From: Candidatus Magasanikbacteria bacterium RIFCSPLOWO2_12_FULL_43_12
GTDB lineage: Bacteria; Patescibacteriota; Patescibacteriia; Magasanikbacterales; UBA922
DNA: 53,676 bases
Direction: 5' to 3'
Assembly (NCBI GenBank): GCA_001783065.1
Contig: MFQN01000007.1
Location: forward strand, 1-53,676
The position numbers and the translations under genes were made by a program. Shown piece after piece: positions 29,186 to 37,412 of the stretch (positions are counted from its first letter, which is position 1; every line of letters begins with the position of its first letter). The notes under the pieces were generated by a model. The model was not told the origin of the DNA, searched no databases, and saw only the letters and a program-made list of their open reading frames with translations.

Positions 29186-29194
29186 AGTATAGCA
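29186..29194 (-). promoter_or_regulatory. extended -10 element (TGCTATACT on the minus strand) upstream of the sigma gene
   Basis: The plus strand reads AGTATAGCA, the same 9-mer as at 18747-18755. Confidence 0.45.
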
Positions 29195-29412
29195 TAAACG
29201 AGGAAAAAAGGCAAAAAAAAGATACTAATATACGGATAGAGTACTAATTATACTAATGAATACAAATAAGTGTTGGAGTTAATTAAATGTGGTTTACAAG
29301 TACTTAGTATACATTAGTATCATTGGTACCATTCGCATATTAGTATTTGTATACAACACTCTATACTTTCATAAAATATGGTTAGTTTTTTAGCTAATCT
29401 AAAACATAAAAA

Positions 29413-29434
29413 TAGTATACACAAGTCTATACTA
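29413..29434. promoter_or_regulatory. palindromic operator-like site 1 (TAGTATA-N8-TATACTA)
   Basis: Perfect 7-bp inverted half-sites. It is a near-identical copy of the site at 29508-29528. Confidence 0.55.
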
Positions 29435-29479
29435 TTTTTTTAATCTGACTTAACCATCACCTCACGAACTCTTTTATAC

Positions 29480-29508
29480 TTGACAAGTTTCCACCTTTTG
29501 ACTACAAT
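29480..29508 (+). promoter_or_regulatory. sigma-70-type promoter of the HTH gene
   Basis: TTGACA (29480-29485), a 17-nt spacer, then TACAAT (29503-29508), 24 nt upstream of the ATG at 29532. Confidence 0.7.
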
Positions 29509-29528
29509 AGTATACACTAGTCTATACT
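29508..29528. promoter_or_regulatory. palindromic operator-like site 2 (TAGTATA-N8-TATACT), abutting the -10
   Basis: TAGTATACACTAGTCTATACT begins at the last base of the -10 hexamer and ends 3 nt before the ATG. Confidence 0.55.
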
Positions 29529-29531
29529 CTT

Positions 29532-29864
29532 ATGGCAGAACAACAATCAAAAAACAGTCAAAAACAGGTAGTTAGGGTGTCTATTTCAGAGGCCGCGAAG
29601 CTGTTTGGCTTAAATCAGCAGACAATCCGCCGCGCTATTGCCAACCAAGAGCTAACCTATATTGTTGTTGGCGGACGCTATAAAATCAACTTTGAAAGTT
29701 TAGTGCGTTGGTCCCAGGCAAAGACCGCGCTGAAAAATAAACTTGAAAAGCAGGGAATTGGCCAATATGTGGATAAGTGGAAAATTAAAAACACCTTATA
29801 CTCCCCCAGCCCGAAAGTGATCCCGAAAACAGATACCGAGACCAATATAAATAATTCCGTCTGA
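29532..29864 (+). CDS. helix-turn-helix DNA-binding protein (excisionase/MerR-superfamily HTH)
   Basis: 110 aa. SISEAAKLFGLNQQTIRRAIANQEL...GGRYKINFESLVRW is the typical HTH_17/excisionase-family pattern. Confidence 0.7.
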   Translation: MAEQQSKNSQKQVVRVSISEAAKLFGLNQQTIRRAIANQELTYIVVGGRYKINFESLVRWSQAKTALKNKLEKQGIGQYVDKWKIKNTLYSPSPKVIPKTDTETNINNSV

Positions 29865-29887
29865 TAAGGACGGATTTGTTTTCTTTG
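29856..29887 (+). terminator. rho-independent terminator of the HTH gene
   Basis: Stem TCCGTC / GACGGA encloses the TGA stop and is followed by TTTGTTTTCTTTG. Confidence 0.6.
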
Positions 29888-29892
29888 CGTCT

Positions 29893-29996
29893 GTCATTGC
29901 GAGAAGGCCAACATTCATTGGCCGACGAAGCAATCTACGGCAATCGCTTGTGGTTATGATGGATTGCTTCGTCGTCTGCGGACTCCTCGCAATGAC
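29893..29996. repeat. nested-palindrome element, copy C
   Basis: GTCATTGCGAG...CGACGAAGCAATC...GGATTGCTTCGTCG...CTCGCAATGAC. It is intergenic. Confidence 0.85.
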
Positions 29997-30061
29997 TTCT
30001 GCCTCACTTTCATCTGCCAACTTGTCCATCAACTCTTAACAGGATATAATACTAACTGCCT

Positions 30062-31915
30062 ATGCGCTTCGTCCAAGAACATTTTACCACCCGCCACTTA
30101 TTCCACAAACCCCACAAATGGTTTCTGGCTTTTTTGCTGTCACCGATTCATTTTCTTGAACTGCATTATAAAAACAAATACCACCTTAATTTTCAACACG
30201 CCAAAAAACTTTTTGTGTTTGACATGGTTTTGCTGTTTACCGCTAGCCTGCTTTTTGCCGCAACAATTTTTTGGTTCACCTACAACCCGACTATCACGAA
30301 CCTGATTTTCTTGTCCATAGACACATCTTCTTCTGACACAAAAATTATCAGTGGCGATTTCATCACCTACACTATCGCCTATCAAAACAAAAGCAATATT
30401 AAAATCGTTTCTCCGTCATTAACAATCCGTCTACCCATAGGTTTCGTTATTGAGGCTATCGCGCCGAAAGAATCTTTCAACTCCGCGGAACGTAAATTCA
30501 CTCTTGCTGACTTGCATCCTCAACAACACGGCCAAGCGACTGTCAGTGGCTGGTTTTACGGCACGCCGGATGTTGAAAACAAAATTACCGCTATTTTAGA
30601 ATACACGCAGGAGGGCAAAGCCAGCAAAGAAGTCAAATCTACTCCCTTATTTCAATTCCATCGCGGATCGGTTTTAAAAATTGGAATTAACGCCCCGGAA
30701 AAATTTATCGCCACCGGCTCTGTTCCAATTAAAATAACCCTGACGAACACCGGCAAAAGAACGCTTAACGCGATTAACCTGCCGCTAACACTGTCCGCTG
30801 GTCTTTCTTTTGCAGATCCAAAAGTAGATAAAGGCGAGATCAAAAACAACCAATGGCAAATTACTGAACTCGGAATAAGTGAAAAAACTAATCTTTCGGC
30901 GATACTAAAGACTGTTTTACCGGAACAAATTAAAACCGCTGTATTAAAACTCACTCCATCATTAGAAATAAACGAAACAAAAATCGCCCAAAATACTGTT
31001 GAAAAAAACTTTCCGGTTTTACATCCGCAAGTTTCTATCCAATCATACTGGACAGATCAACTAACAAAAATCCAATCTGGGCAAACACTTGAGCTCAACT
31101 TATCCCTCGTCAACAATGGCGATATTGATTTAAATAATTTAGAAATAACTCTACCGATCCAAAATGAAATTATTAACACTGACAAGCTGATAAATTTAAA
31201 CACTGGCAGTTATAAAAATAAAATTTTGACTATCCATTCCAAACATGACGCCGGACTATTAACTTTGGCGAAAAACCAAACAAAAAATTTGAAGATAAAA
31301 ATTCCGATTCTTGAATCGCCGAATGTTGGCGCTGATTTGGTTCTAAAAATTAAGCCTGAATTAAAAGCTGACATCAGCGACTTGACCGGTGTCGTTTACA
31401 AAACCGAAACTTCCGCTCCGGAAATCAAAATCGGCACGCGATTGGATTTAACCGGCGAGGTTCGTTATTACACTGTTGACGGCGACCAGCTTGGCCGCGG
31501 CCCGCTCCCGCCTCAAGTCGGTAAAGAAACAAAATATTGGACGTTGTTAAAAATTACCAACACCACGAGTAAAGTAACTGACTTAATATTAACCGGCGAG
31601 CTTCCTGATCATGTCGCTTGGACCGGCAAAAACAGTGTGAGCCGTGGTAGTAGTGTTATATTTAACGAAAAAACAAAAATGATTTCGTGGTCACTCAACT
31701 CCCTATCACCACAACAAACTGTTGGCATCTATTTTGAATTAGCCCTTACACCAACCGCCGAACAAACCGGAACCGCGCCGATTATTTTACAAAATGTTCA
31801 GCTCCGAGCGACGGATGATTTTATTAAAGAAAAAATCACTGACACTCTGCCGGATTTTGATGTGTCTTTGGTGAAAGATAAGATTGGGAGGGAGAAGGGG
31901 GTGGAAGTAGAGTGA
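30062..31915 (+). CDS. membrane-anchored protein with DUF11-like beta-sandwich repeats
   Basis: 617 aa. It has a TM segment (MVLLFTASLLFAATIFWF) and repeated modules of the type GD.ITYTI.Y.N.S...V....L...LP.G. The true start may lie downstream. Confidence 0.55.
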   Translation: MRFVQEHFTTRHLFHKPHKWFLAFLLSPIHFLELHYKNKYHLNFQHAKKLFVFDMVLLFTASLLFAATIFWFTYNPTITNLIFLSIDTSSSDTKIISGDFITYTIAYQNKSNIKIVSPSLTIRLPIGFVIEAIAPKESFNSAERKFTLADLHPQQHGQATVSGWFYGTPDVENKITAILEYTQEGKASKEVKSTPLFQFHRGSVLKIGINAPEKFIATGSVPIKITLTNTGKRTLNAINLPLTLSAGLSFADPKVDKGEIKNNQWQITELGISEKTNLSAILKTVLPEQIKTAVLKLTPSLEINETKIAQNTVEKNFPVLHPQVSIQSYWTDQLTKIQSGQTLELNLSLVNNGDIDLNNLEITLPIQNEIINTDKLINLNTGSYKNKILTIHSKHDAGLLTLAKNQTKNLKIKIPILESPNVGADLVLKIKPELKADISDLTGVVYKTETSAPEIKIGTRLDLTGEVRYYTVDGDQLGRGPLPPQVGKETKYWTLLKITNTTSKVTDLILTGELPDHVAWTGKNSVSRGSSVIFNEKTKMISWSLNSLSPQQTVGIYFELALTPTAEQTGTAPIILQNVQLRATDDFIKEKITDTLPDFDVSLVKDKIGREKGVEVE

Positions 31916-32021
31916 AGAGATAGGAGATAAGAGATAAGAGATAAAAATATTTAACATCAGAGGATATTAGTATCCCTTAGTATTATTAGTAAATTAGTAT
32001 ATTGGTATGTTTAACTACCCC

Positions 32022-32050
32022 TTGACAAGAGGGCTTTTTTGTGGTATAAT
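32022..32050 (+). promoter_or_regulatory. strong sigma-70-type promoter upstream of the Cys-rich gene
   Basis: TTGACA (32022-32027), a 17-nt spacer, then TGgTATAAT (extended -10; TATAAT at 32045-32050). It leaves a leader of roughly 165 nt before the ATG at 32222. Confidence 0.7.
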
Positions 32051-32221
32051 TATATGTCAATTTATGCCTAAATCAGGTATATTGGCAAGAGGAAGGAAAG
32101 CCCTGCACCGACCCGAAGGGTCTGGTGCTGGGGGACGCGCTCTTTACAATAGAATTAGATTTGCCATGTTGGCGAGTCTTGAGGTTTTCGTAATTCAATA
32201 TCAAGAAAGGCAAGGTGTGCG

Positions 32222-34957
32222 ATGGAGACCACGAAGAAGGCCGCAGTGGCCACGGTTCTGGTTCTGTTCTCGGTTCTGTGCGGGTGCTCAAACGTGACCA
32301 TGCAGTGCGAGACGGACTCGGACTGCGACGACGACAATCTGTGCACCAAAGATTCTTGCGGTGCGGGCATCTGCCACTTCGCGAAAATCAAGAAGTGCGA
32401 CAGCCAGCAGATGTGCGATGATGACGCTTGTGGCAACTCCGACGACGGCGAGTCCAACGAGGACTCGTCCCCGCCACCTGACGAACAGCCAGACGGTGAT
32501 GTATCACCAGACACTGACAGCCCACCGACCGAGCCCGGTCCGGACACTACCGACACATCCGACGCAACGTTGGACAGTTCTGACAGCACTGACGCTGGAG
32601 ACGAAGCTGATGACACTGACATCAGTCAGTCGGACCAGCCAGACACGCCTGTCGGAGACGACGGTGCGACTGGCGGCGATGACGGAACTGGTACGGACAC
32701 GAACGACAGCGAAGTTGCTGGAGACGTAAGTGTGGACGACGATGTCGGCCAGGACGCGGAAACGGTGGAAGAGACAACTCCTCTGCCTTGTATCTGCATC
32801 TCTGACGACAACCTCTGCACGGACGATTACTGCAACGACGCAGACGAATGCGTCCACGAGCCGGTTGTCGGTTGTGGTGGCGTTGATGTTGAAACGCCGA
32901 ATGCCGACGGTAGCGATACTGTTGACAACGGAGTTGACGCGTCAACCACCAACCCTGAACCAAGTCCGGACACAGCAGAAACCGACGCAACGTCTGACGG
33001 TTCTGACAGCGCGGACGGAGACAGTGGAACAATCGTTCCGCCGCCACAAGATACTGTCGTCGGAACCGATGCACCGACTACCACTCCAGACACCAGTCCG
33101 GATACCGCGGACACTGTTGACAGTGAGACTGGAGACGGTGGAACGGATGCAATCAACAATACGGACGTGACCAACGGAAATGCAGAAGTTGAAAATACTG
33201 ACGACGATGTCGGCCAGGATGCGGAAACGGTGGAAGAGACAACTCCTCTACCTTGTATCTGCATCTCTGACGACAACCTCTGTACTGACGACTTCTGCAA
33301 CGACGCAGACGAATGCGTCCATGAACCGATTGTTGACTGTTGCAACGAAGACACCGGGTGCGACGACGGAGACATTTGCAACGGAGTGGAAGCCTGCGAC
33401 GCGAACAAGTGCGTCGGTGGTGAACCACTCGTTTGCGACGACAAGAACGTCTGCACCGACGACTCATGCCACCCAACCGAGGAGTGTATCTTCACTCCCA
33501 ACTCCAACCTCTGCGACGATGGCAACGCCTGTACGATGGGCGATGTCTGTTCACAGGGCAAATGTGCATACACGGAAACGTGTGAATGCACAATGGACAC
33601 CGAGTGCGACGATGGAAGCAAGTGCACCACTGAATCGTGCGTTAGCAACAACTGCAAGTACGAAAAAGTGGAATGCAACGACTCCGACGCCTGCACCACC
33701 GACACCTGCGAACCGACAACCGGCTGTGTGTTCGCGCAGATCGTCGTTGACGACTCCAACGCCTGCACGGACGACAGTTGCGACATGGAGACAGGCGTGA
33801 TACACGTTCAAATTGCGTGCGAAGACAACGATGTCTGCACAAAAAACCTCTGTGTTGCAACAGAAGGGTGCATCTATCTGCCCATCGCCGACTGCTGCCA
33901 CGATGACGCCGAGTGCGACGACGGAGACGTTTGCAACGGAGTTGAGACCTGCGGCGACAACAAATGCGTCGCGGGGCAAAAACTCATCTGTAACGACTTC
34001 AGTGTCTGCACTACGGACTCGTGCGACCCGAGCAAAGGTTGTGTGTTTGAACCAATCAGCGGATGTTGCAAGACAGATGTTGATTGCAACGACTTCAACC
34101 AGTGTACCGGCGATGCCTGTGTCAAATCCACCGGCGAGTGCGTGCACTTCGGCATCCCAGGCGACTGCAACGATGGTGACGAGTGCACCACGAACGACGC
34201 GTGCAAGAACAGCGAGTGCGTCGGCGGTCCGGCTCTGGATTGCAACGACAGCAGTGTCTGTACCGCGGATTCGTGCGACACGGCTACCGGCTGTCAGCAT
34301 TCGGCTGTCCCAGATGGTGAGCCGTGTACTGACAATACTGTTTGCAATGGCGCAGAAATGTGCCAGAGCGGACAGTGCAAGTCCGGTGTGGCGCTCAACT
34401 GCGACGATGTGGACATCTGTACCGCAGACTCGTGCGACACGGCGGACGGCTGCAAGCATTCAGCCGAACCGGATAACGACAGCGATGGTCCATGCGACCT
34501 CGCTGACAACTGTCAATCGGTTGCGAACGCTGACCAGTCAGACATGGACAAAGACAGCGTCGGCGATGTCTGCGACCCGGACAAAGACGGTGACGGCGTG
34601 GACAACGCCGCTGACAACTGTCCTTCAACCCCAAACCCCGACCAGTCCGATATGGACAAAGACAGCGTCGGCGACGCATGCGACACTGTCAACACCTGCA
34701 ACCTTTCAACCGCTGGACTTCCAGCGTGGTACTACCAAATATCCCCGATGTGCGTCAACGGTTGCTTCGTGGGTGACGAGATGGTATGCATCAAATGCAT
34801 CTCTTCCCACAACAACTGCACGTGGAACAGCGACGGGGACTGGGTAGGACCAATATGCCAGGGCGACTGCAATGATGGTTACTCCGGCATAACAAACGAG
34901 TGTTGGCCGGGAGGGCAAATACCCCCGGTCTGCGCGGATCCATGGACCCCTCAATAA
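32222..34957 (+). CDS. GC-rich secreted/lipoprotein-like cysteine-rich repeat protein (Dictyostelium-CTDC-like repeats plus thrombospondin type-3 repeats)
   Basis: 911 aa. The N-terminus METTKKAAVATVLVLFSVLCGCSN is a signal peptide with a possible lipobox. An acidic D/T/S/P-rich region is followed by more than 20 repeats of the C.D.N.CT.D.C....GC type. Two TSP3-like units read DNCQSVANADQSDMDKDSVGDVCD and DNCPSTPNPDQSDMDKDSVGDACD. An AGGTG RBS sits 4 nt upstream of the ATG. Confidence 0.75.
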   Translation: METTKKAAVATVLVLFSVLCGCSNVTMQCETDSDCDDDNLCTKDSCGAGICHFAKIKKCDSQQMCDDDACGNSDDGESNEDSSPPPDEQPDGDVSPDTDSPPTEPGPDTTDTSDATLDSSDSTDAGDEADDTDISQSDQPDTPVGDDGATGGDDGTGTDTNDSEVAGDVSVDDDVGQDAETVEETTPLPCICISDDNLCTDDYCNDADECVHEPVVGCGGVDVETPNADGSDTVDNGVDASTTNPEPSPDTAETDATSDGSDSADGDSGTIVPPPQDTVVGTDAPTTTPDTSPDTADTVDSETGDGGTDAINNTDVTNGNAEVENTDDDVGQDAETVEETTPLPCICISDDNLCTDDFCNDADECVHEPIVDCCNEDTGCDDGDICNGVEACDANKCVGGEPLVCDDKNVCTDDSCHPTEECIFTPNSNLCDDGNACTMGDVCSQGKCAYTETCECTMDTECDDGSKCTTESCVSNNCKYEKVECNDSDACTTDTCEPTTGCVFAQIVVDDSNACTDDSCDMETGVIHVQIACEDNDVCTKNLCVATEGCIYLPIADCCHDDAECDDGDVCNGVETCGDNKCVAGQKLICNDFSVCTTDSCDPSKGCVFEPISGCCKTDVDCNDFNQCTGDACVKSTGECVHFGIPGDCNDGDECTTNDACKNSECVGGPALDCNDSSVCTADSCDTATGCQHSAVPDGEPCTDNTVCNGAEMCQSGQCKSGVALNCDDVDICTADSCDTADGCKHSAEPDNDSDGPCDLADNCQSVANADQSDMDKDSVGDVCDPDKDGDGVDNAADNCPSTPNPDQSDMDKDSVGDACDTVNTCNLSTAGLPAWYYQISPMCVNGCFVGDEMVCIKCISSHNNCTWNSDGDWVGPICQGDCNDGYSGITNECWPGGQIPPVCADPWTPQ
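32735..32863 (+). repeat. internal direct repeat, copy 1 (129 bp)
   Basis: Near-identical to 33200-33328, 465 bp downstream. It encodes DDDVGQDAETVEETTPLPCICISDDNLCTDDYCNDADECVHEP. Confidence 0.85.
33200..33328 (+). repeat. internal direct repeat, copy 2 (129 bp)
   Basis: See copy 1. There are a few mismatches (GGACGCG/GGATGCG, CTGCCT/CTACCT, TAC/TTC, CAC/CAT, GAG/GAA). Confidence 0.85.
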
Positions 34958-35041
34958 ACCTACCGCTCTTTCATAGCCGAAGCAATCCTTCCCGCTTCGG
35001 CTCCAATCCCTTTTGCTTGTTTTGAAAGTAAGCAGAAGAGA

Positions 35042-35072
35042 ACTCCGCTCCGATGTTACATCGGAGCGGAGT
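35042..35072 (+). terminator. rho-independent terminator of the Cys-rich gene
   Basis: 14-bp perfect stem ACTCCGCTCCGATG / CATCGGAGCGGAGT with loop TTA, followed by TTTTATTTA. Confidence 0.8.
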
Positions 35073-35083
35073 TTTATTTATAC

Positions 35084-35112
35084 TTGACTTATTGATCAAA
35101 TTATTTTATAAT
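35084..35112 (+). promoter_or_regulatory. sigma-70-type promoter for tRNA-Glu (and probably tsaD-prs)
   Basis: TTGACT (35084-35089), a 17-nt spacer, then TATAAT (35107-35112). The tRNA starts at 35129. Confidence 0.7.
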
Positions 35113-35128
35113 TTCCCCAACAAAACAA

Positions 35129-35203
35129 GCCGCCATCGTCTAGTGGTTAGGACACGAGGTTTTCAACCTTGTAACAGGGGTTCGATTCCCCTTGGCGGTA
35201 CCA
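35129..35203 (+). tRNA. tRNA-Glu (anticodon UUC) with encoded CCA
   Basis: Hand-folded cloverleaf. Acceptor GCCGCCA/TGGCGGT, D arm GTCT..GGAC, anticodon stem CGAGG/CCTTG with loop TTTTCAA (anticodon TTC), T arm AGGGG-TTCGATT-CCCCT, discriminator A, then CCA. Confidence 0.9.
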
Positions 35204-35246
35204 GTACAAAACTTTTTGGGTTTTCGTTGTAAAACGATACAACTCT

Positions 35247-36350
35247 ATGCTCATTCTCGGCATTGAATCTTCATGCGATGATACTTCAGTCGCGCTGGTT
35301 GACGCTTCTACGCGCGGCTTTAAAATACTGGCGGAAAAAACCGCCAGCCAAATTGAAATACACAAAAAATACGGCGGGGTGGTGCCGGAAATAGCGGGGA
35401 GAATGCATGCGGAAAAAATCTTACCCCTGATTGAAGAAGCGGCGGCTAAACAACCAAAACCAGATATAATTGCCGTAACATCCGGACCGGGATTGATTAC
35501 CGGGTTGATGGTTGGAGTTGAGGCGGCGAAAACATTGTCTTATTTGTGGAATGTGCCGGTGGTTGGAGTGAATCATATTGAAGGACATATCCATTCCGTA
35601 GAAATTTTCAATTTTCAATTTTCAATTTTCAAAATTAAATATCCTGCGATAGCGTTGATTGCGAGCGGAGGGCATACGGAGTTGATTTTAATTAAAAAAC
35701 GCGGACAATACAAAAAAATCGGCGCGACGCTGGATGACGCGGCCGGGGAGTGTTTTGACAAAGTCGCAAAATTGTTAGGTTTTGATTATCCCGGCGGACC
35801 AAAAATTTCTAAATTCGCGGAAACAGGAAACCCTGATGCTATAAAATTTCCACGACCGATGCTGGATAAAAACAATTTTGATTTTAGTTTCGCTGGACTA
35901 AAAACCTCCGCGCTGTATTGGCTTCGCGACCATACCGTCATTGCGAGGAGGAGCCGAAGCGACGACGAAGCAATCCAATCATCAAATGACACTGGATCGC
36001 CGCGTCGCTACGCTCCTCGCGATGACTTATCCGTCAACGACTTCTGCGCTTCTTTTGAACAAGCCATCATTGATGTCCTCGTCGGTAAAACTCTGAAAGC
36101 TGTTGAAAAATACAAACCCAAAACCATAATATTAGGAGGTGGGGTGGCGGCAAACAAAAAATTGAGGGAGACACTCTCAAGCGCAATCAAACAACGTTCT
36201 CAAATATCCAATCTCAAATATCCAATCTCCAACTACTGTATGGACAACGCCGCCATGATCGCTGTCGCCGGATATTATCACGCAATAAAAAAAGGCTTCA
36301 CGCCGTGGCAGAAATTAAAAGCTGATCCGGAATGGGAGATAGCCCACTAA
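35247..36350 (+). CDS. tsaD: tRNA N6-adenosine threonylcarbamoyltransferase
   Basis: 367 aa. It has MLILGIESSCDDTSVALV, GVNHIEGHI, ASGGHTELI, GGPKISKFA and CMDNAAMIA. Three repeat-derived in-frame insertions are present (see findings). Confidence 0.9.
   Translation: MLILGIESSCDDTSVALVDASTRGFKILAEKTASQIEIHKKYGGVVPEIAGRMHAEKILPLIEEAAAKQPKPDIIAVTSGPGLITGLMVGVEAAKTLSYLWNVPVVGVNHIEGHIHSVEIFNFQFSIFKIKYPAIALIASGGHTELILIKKRGQYKKIGATLDDAAGECFDKVAKLLGFDYPGGPKISKFAETGNPDAIKFPRPMLDKNNFDFSFAGLKTSALYWLRDHTVIARRSRSDDEAIQSSNDTGSPRRYAPRDDLSVNDFCASFEQAIIDVLVGKTLKAVEKYKPKTIILGGGVAANKKLRETLSSAIKQRSQISNLKYPISNYCMDNAAMIAVAGYYHAIKKGFTPWQKLKADPEWEIAH
35603..35636. repeat. AATTTTC x4 heptamer array inside tsaD
   Basis: AATTTTCAATTTTCAATTTTCAATTTTCAAAATT encodes (E)IFNFQFSIFKI between the HxxxH-type metal motif and the SGGHT motif. 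Confidence 0.85.
35937..36026. repeat. nested-palindrome element, copy D (90 bp, in frame inside tsaD; right inner arm degraded)
   Basis: GTCATTGCGAGGAGGAGCCGAAGCGACGACGAAGCAATCC...CTCGCGATGAC is translated as VIARRSRSDDEAIQSSNDTGSPRRYAPRDD. Confidence 0.8.
36199..36230. repeat. CTCAAATATCCAAT x2 (plus a partial unit) array inside tsaD
   Basis: It encodes SQISNLKYPISN just before the conserved CMDNAAMIA. Confidence 0.75.
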
Positions 36351-36379
36351 TTTGACGACCACTAATAGACACTAATACT

Positions 36380-37321
36380 ATGCCGTTAAAAATCATCAGC
36401 GGGTCAAGCCACAGAGAATTTACAAAAAAAATCTGCGCGCATCTTGGTATTGAAAAAACAAAAATAACTTCCAAAATCTTCAGCAACGAAAACAGGTTCG
36501 TGACAATTGACGAAGCGGTGCGCGGCGATGATGTGTTTGTGATTCAAACCCAAGCCACGCCGGTTGATTCCAACATTATAGAATTGCTGATTTTAATCCG
36601 CACATTGCGCGACGCTTCGGCCGGACGAATTACCGCGGTAATGCCCTACTTTCCTTATGCCCGTTCTGATAAAAAAGACCAGCCCAGAGTTTGCATCGCG
36701 GCGCGTTTGCTGGCGGATATGATAGAAAAAGCCGGCGCTGACCGGATTTTAACCATGGAATTGCACTCGCCGCAAATTCAGGGATTTTTCTCCGTTCCTT
36801 GCGACCATCTGCTCGCCGCGCCGGACATTATTAAATTTCTAAAACAAAATTGGGATTTAACAAACTGTGTTTTAGTCGCCGGCGACTCCGGAGCGGTAAA
36901 AATGATAAAACCTTATGTTGATTATTTGAATTTACCCACCGCGATTATGGACAAACGCCGAGAAGGCAATGATGAAACAGTAAGAATAAAAGGCGTTATC
37001 GGCGAGGTAAAAAATAAAAATGTTCTACTGCTGGATGATGAAACAACCAGCGGCGGCACGTTAGTGGAAAACGCCGAATATCTGACCAAACAAGCCGGCG
37101 CGTTGAGAGTTGACGCCTGTTTTATTCATCCGACTTTTAACGACAAAGGCGTGGAAAAATTAAATAATTCGCCAATCCAAAAATTCCTGTTTACCGATAC
37201 CATCCCGCTGAACAGCAAACCGATTAAAAACTACGAAATAATTTCTGTGGCAGAAAGATTCGCGGAAATGATAAAAAGAATTCATGATAACGAAAGCGTT
37301 AAATCATTAAATGATGTCTAA
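36380..37321 (+). CDS. prs: ribose-phosphate pyrophosphokinase
   Basis: 313 aa. It has PYFPYARSDKK and DLHSPQIQGFF-like (MELHSPQIQGFF) motifs, plus the PRPP loop LLLDDETTSGGTL. Confidence 0.9.
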   Translation: MPLKIISGSSHREFTKKICAHLGIEKTKITSKIFSNENRFVTIDEAVRGDDVFVIQTQATPVDSNIIELLILIRTLRDASAGRITAVMPYFPYARSDKKDQPRVCIAARLLADMIEKAGADRILTMELHSPQIQGFFSVPCDHLLAAPDIIKFLKQNWDLTNCVLVAGDSGAVKMIKPYVDYLNLPTAIMDKRREGNDETVRIKGVIGEVKNKNVLLLDDETTSGGTLVENAEYLTKQAGALRVDACFIHPTFNDKGVEKLNNSPIQKFLFTDTIPLNSKPIKNYEIISVAERFAEMIKRIHDNESVKSLNDV

Positions 37322-37412
37322 ATTTATGCCATACGAAAAACAGGAGTACCGCGATCCGCCGCGCGATAGCGCCGTATGAAGATGAGAGGATGAGAGAGAA
37401 TGGAGATGTATA

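Noticed and set aside
29038-29214. A 59-aa N-terminal extension of the sigma factor ORF.
   Set aside because: The extension has no sigma-like sequence and covers the putative extended -10 promoter. MKDLINEKLLLYK gives a normal ECF sigma length.
29532-29864. The excisionase-family HTH as a marker of a prophage or integrative element. tRNA-Glu lies 5 kb away.
   Set aside because: There is no integrase, no phage structural or replication genes, and no direct repeat of the tRNA 3' end visible in the window. The HTH fold alone is not diagnostic.
32155-34954. More than ten ORFs of 60-344 aa on both strands overlap the 911-aa gene (for example 32827-33786 minus, 33813-34847 plus and 33551-34459 minus).
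   Set aside because: They are by-products of the GC-rich, stop-poor sequence. Their translations are low-complexity (Ser/Arg/Thr/Ala-rich) with no motifs. Only the 32222-34957 frame has a signal peptide, an RBS, a coherent Cys-repeat architecture, and a promoter and terminator.
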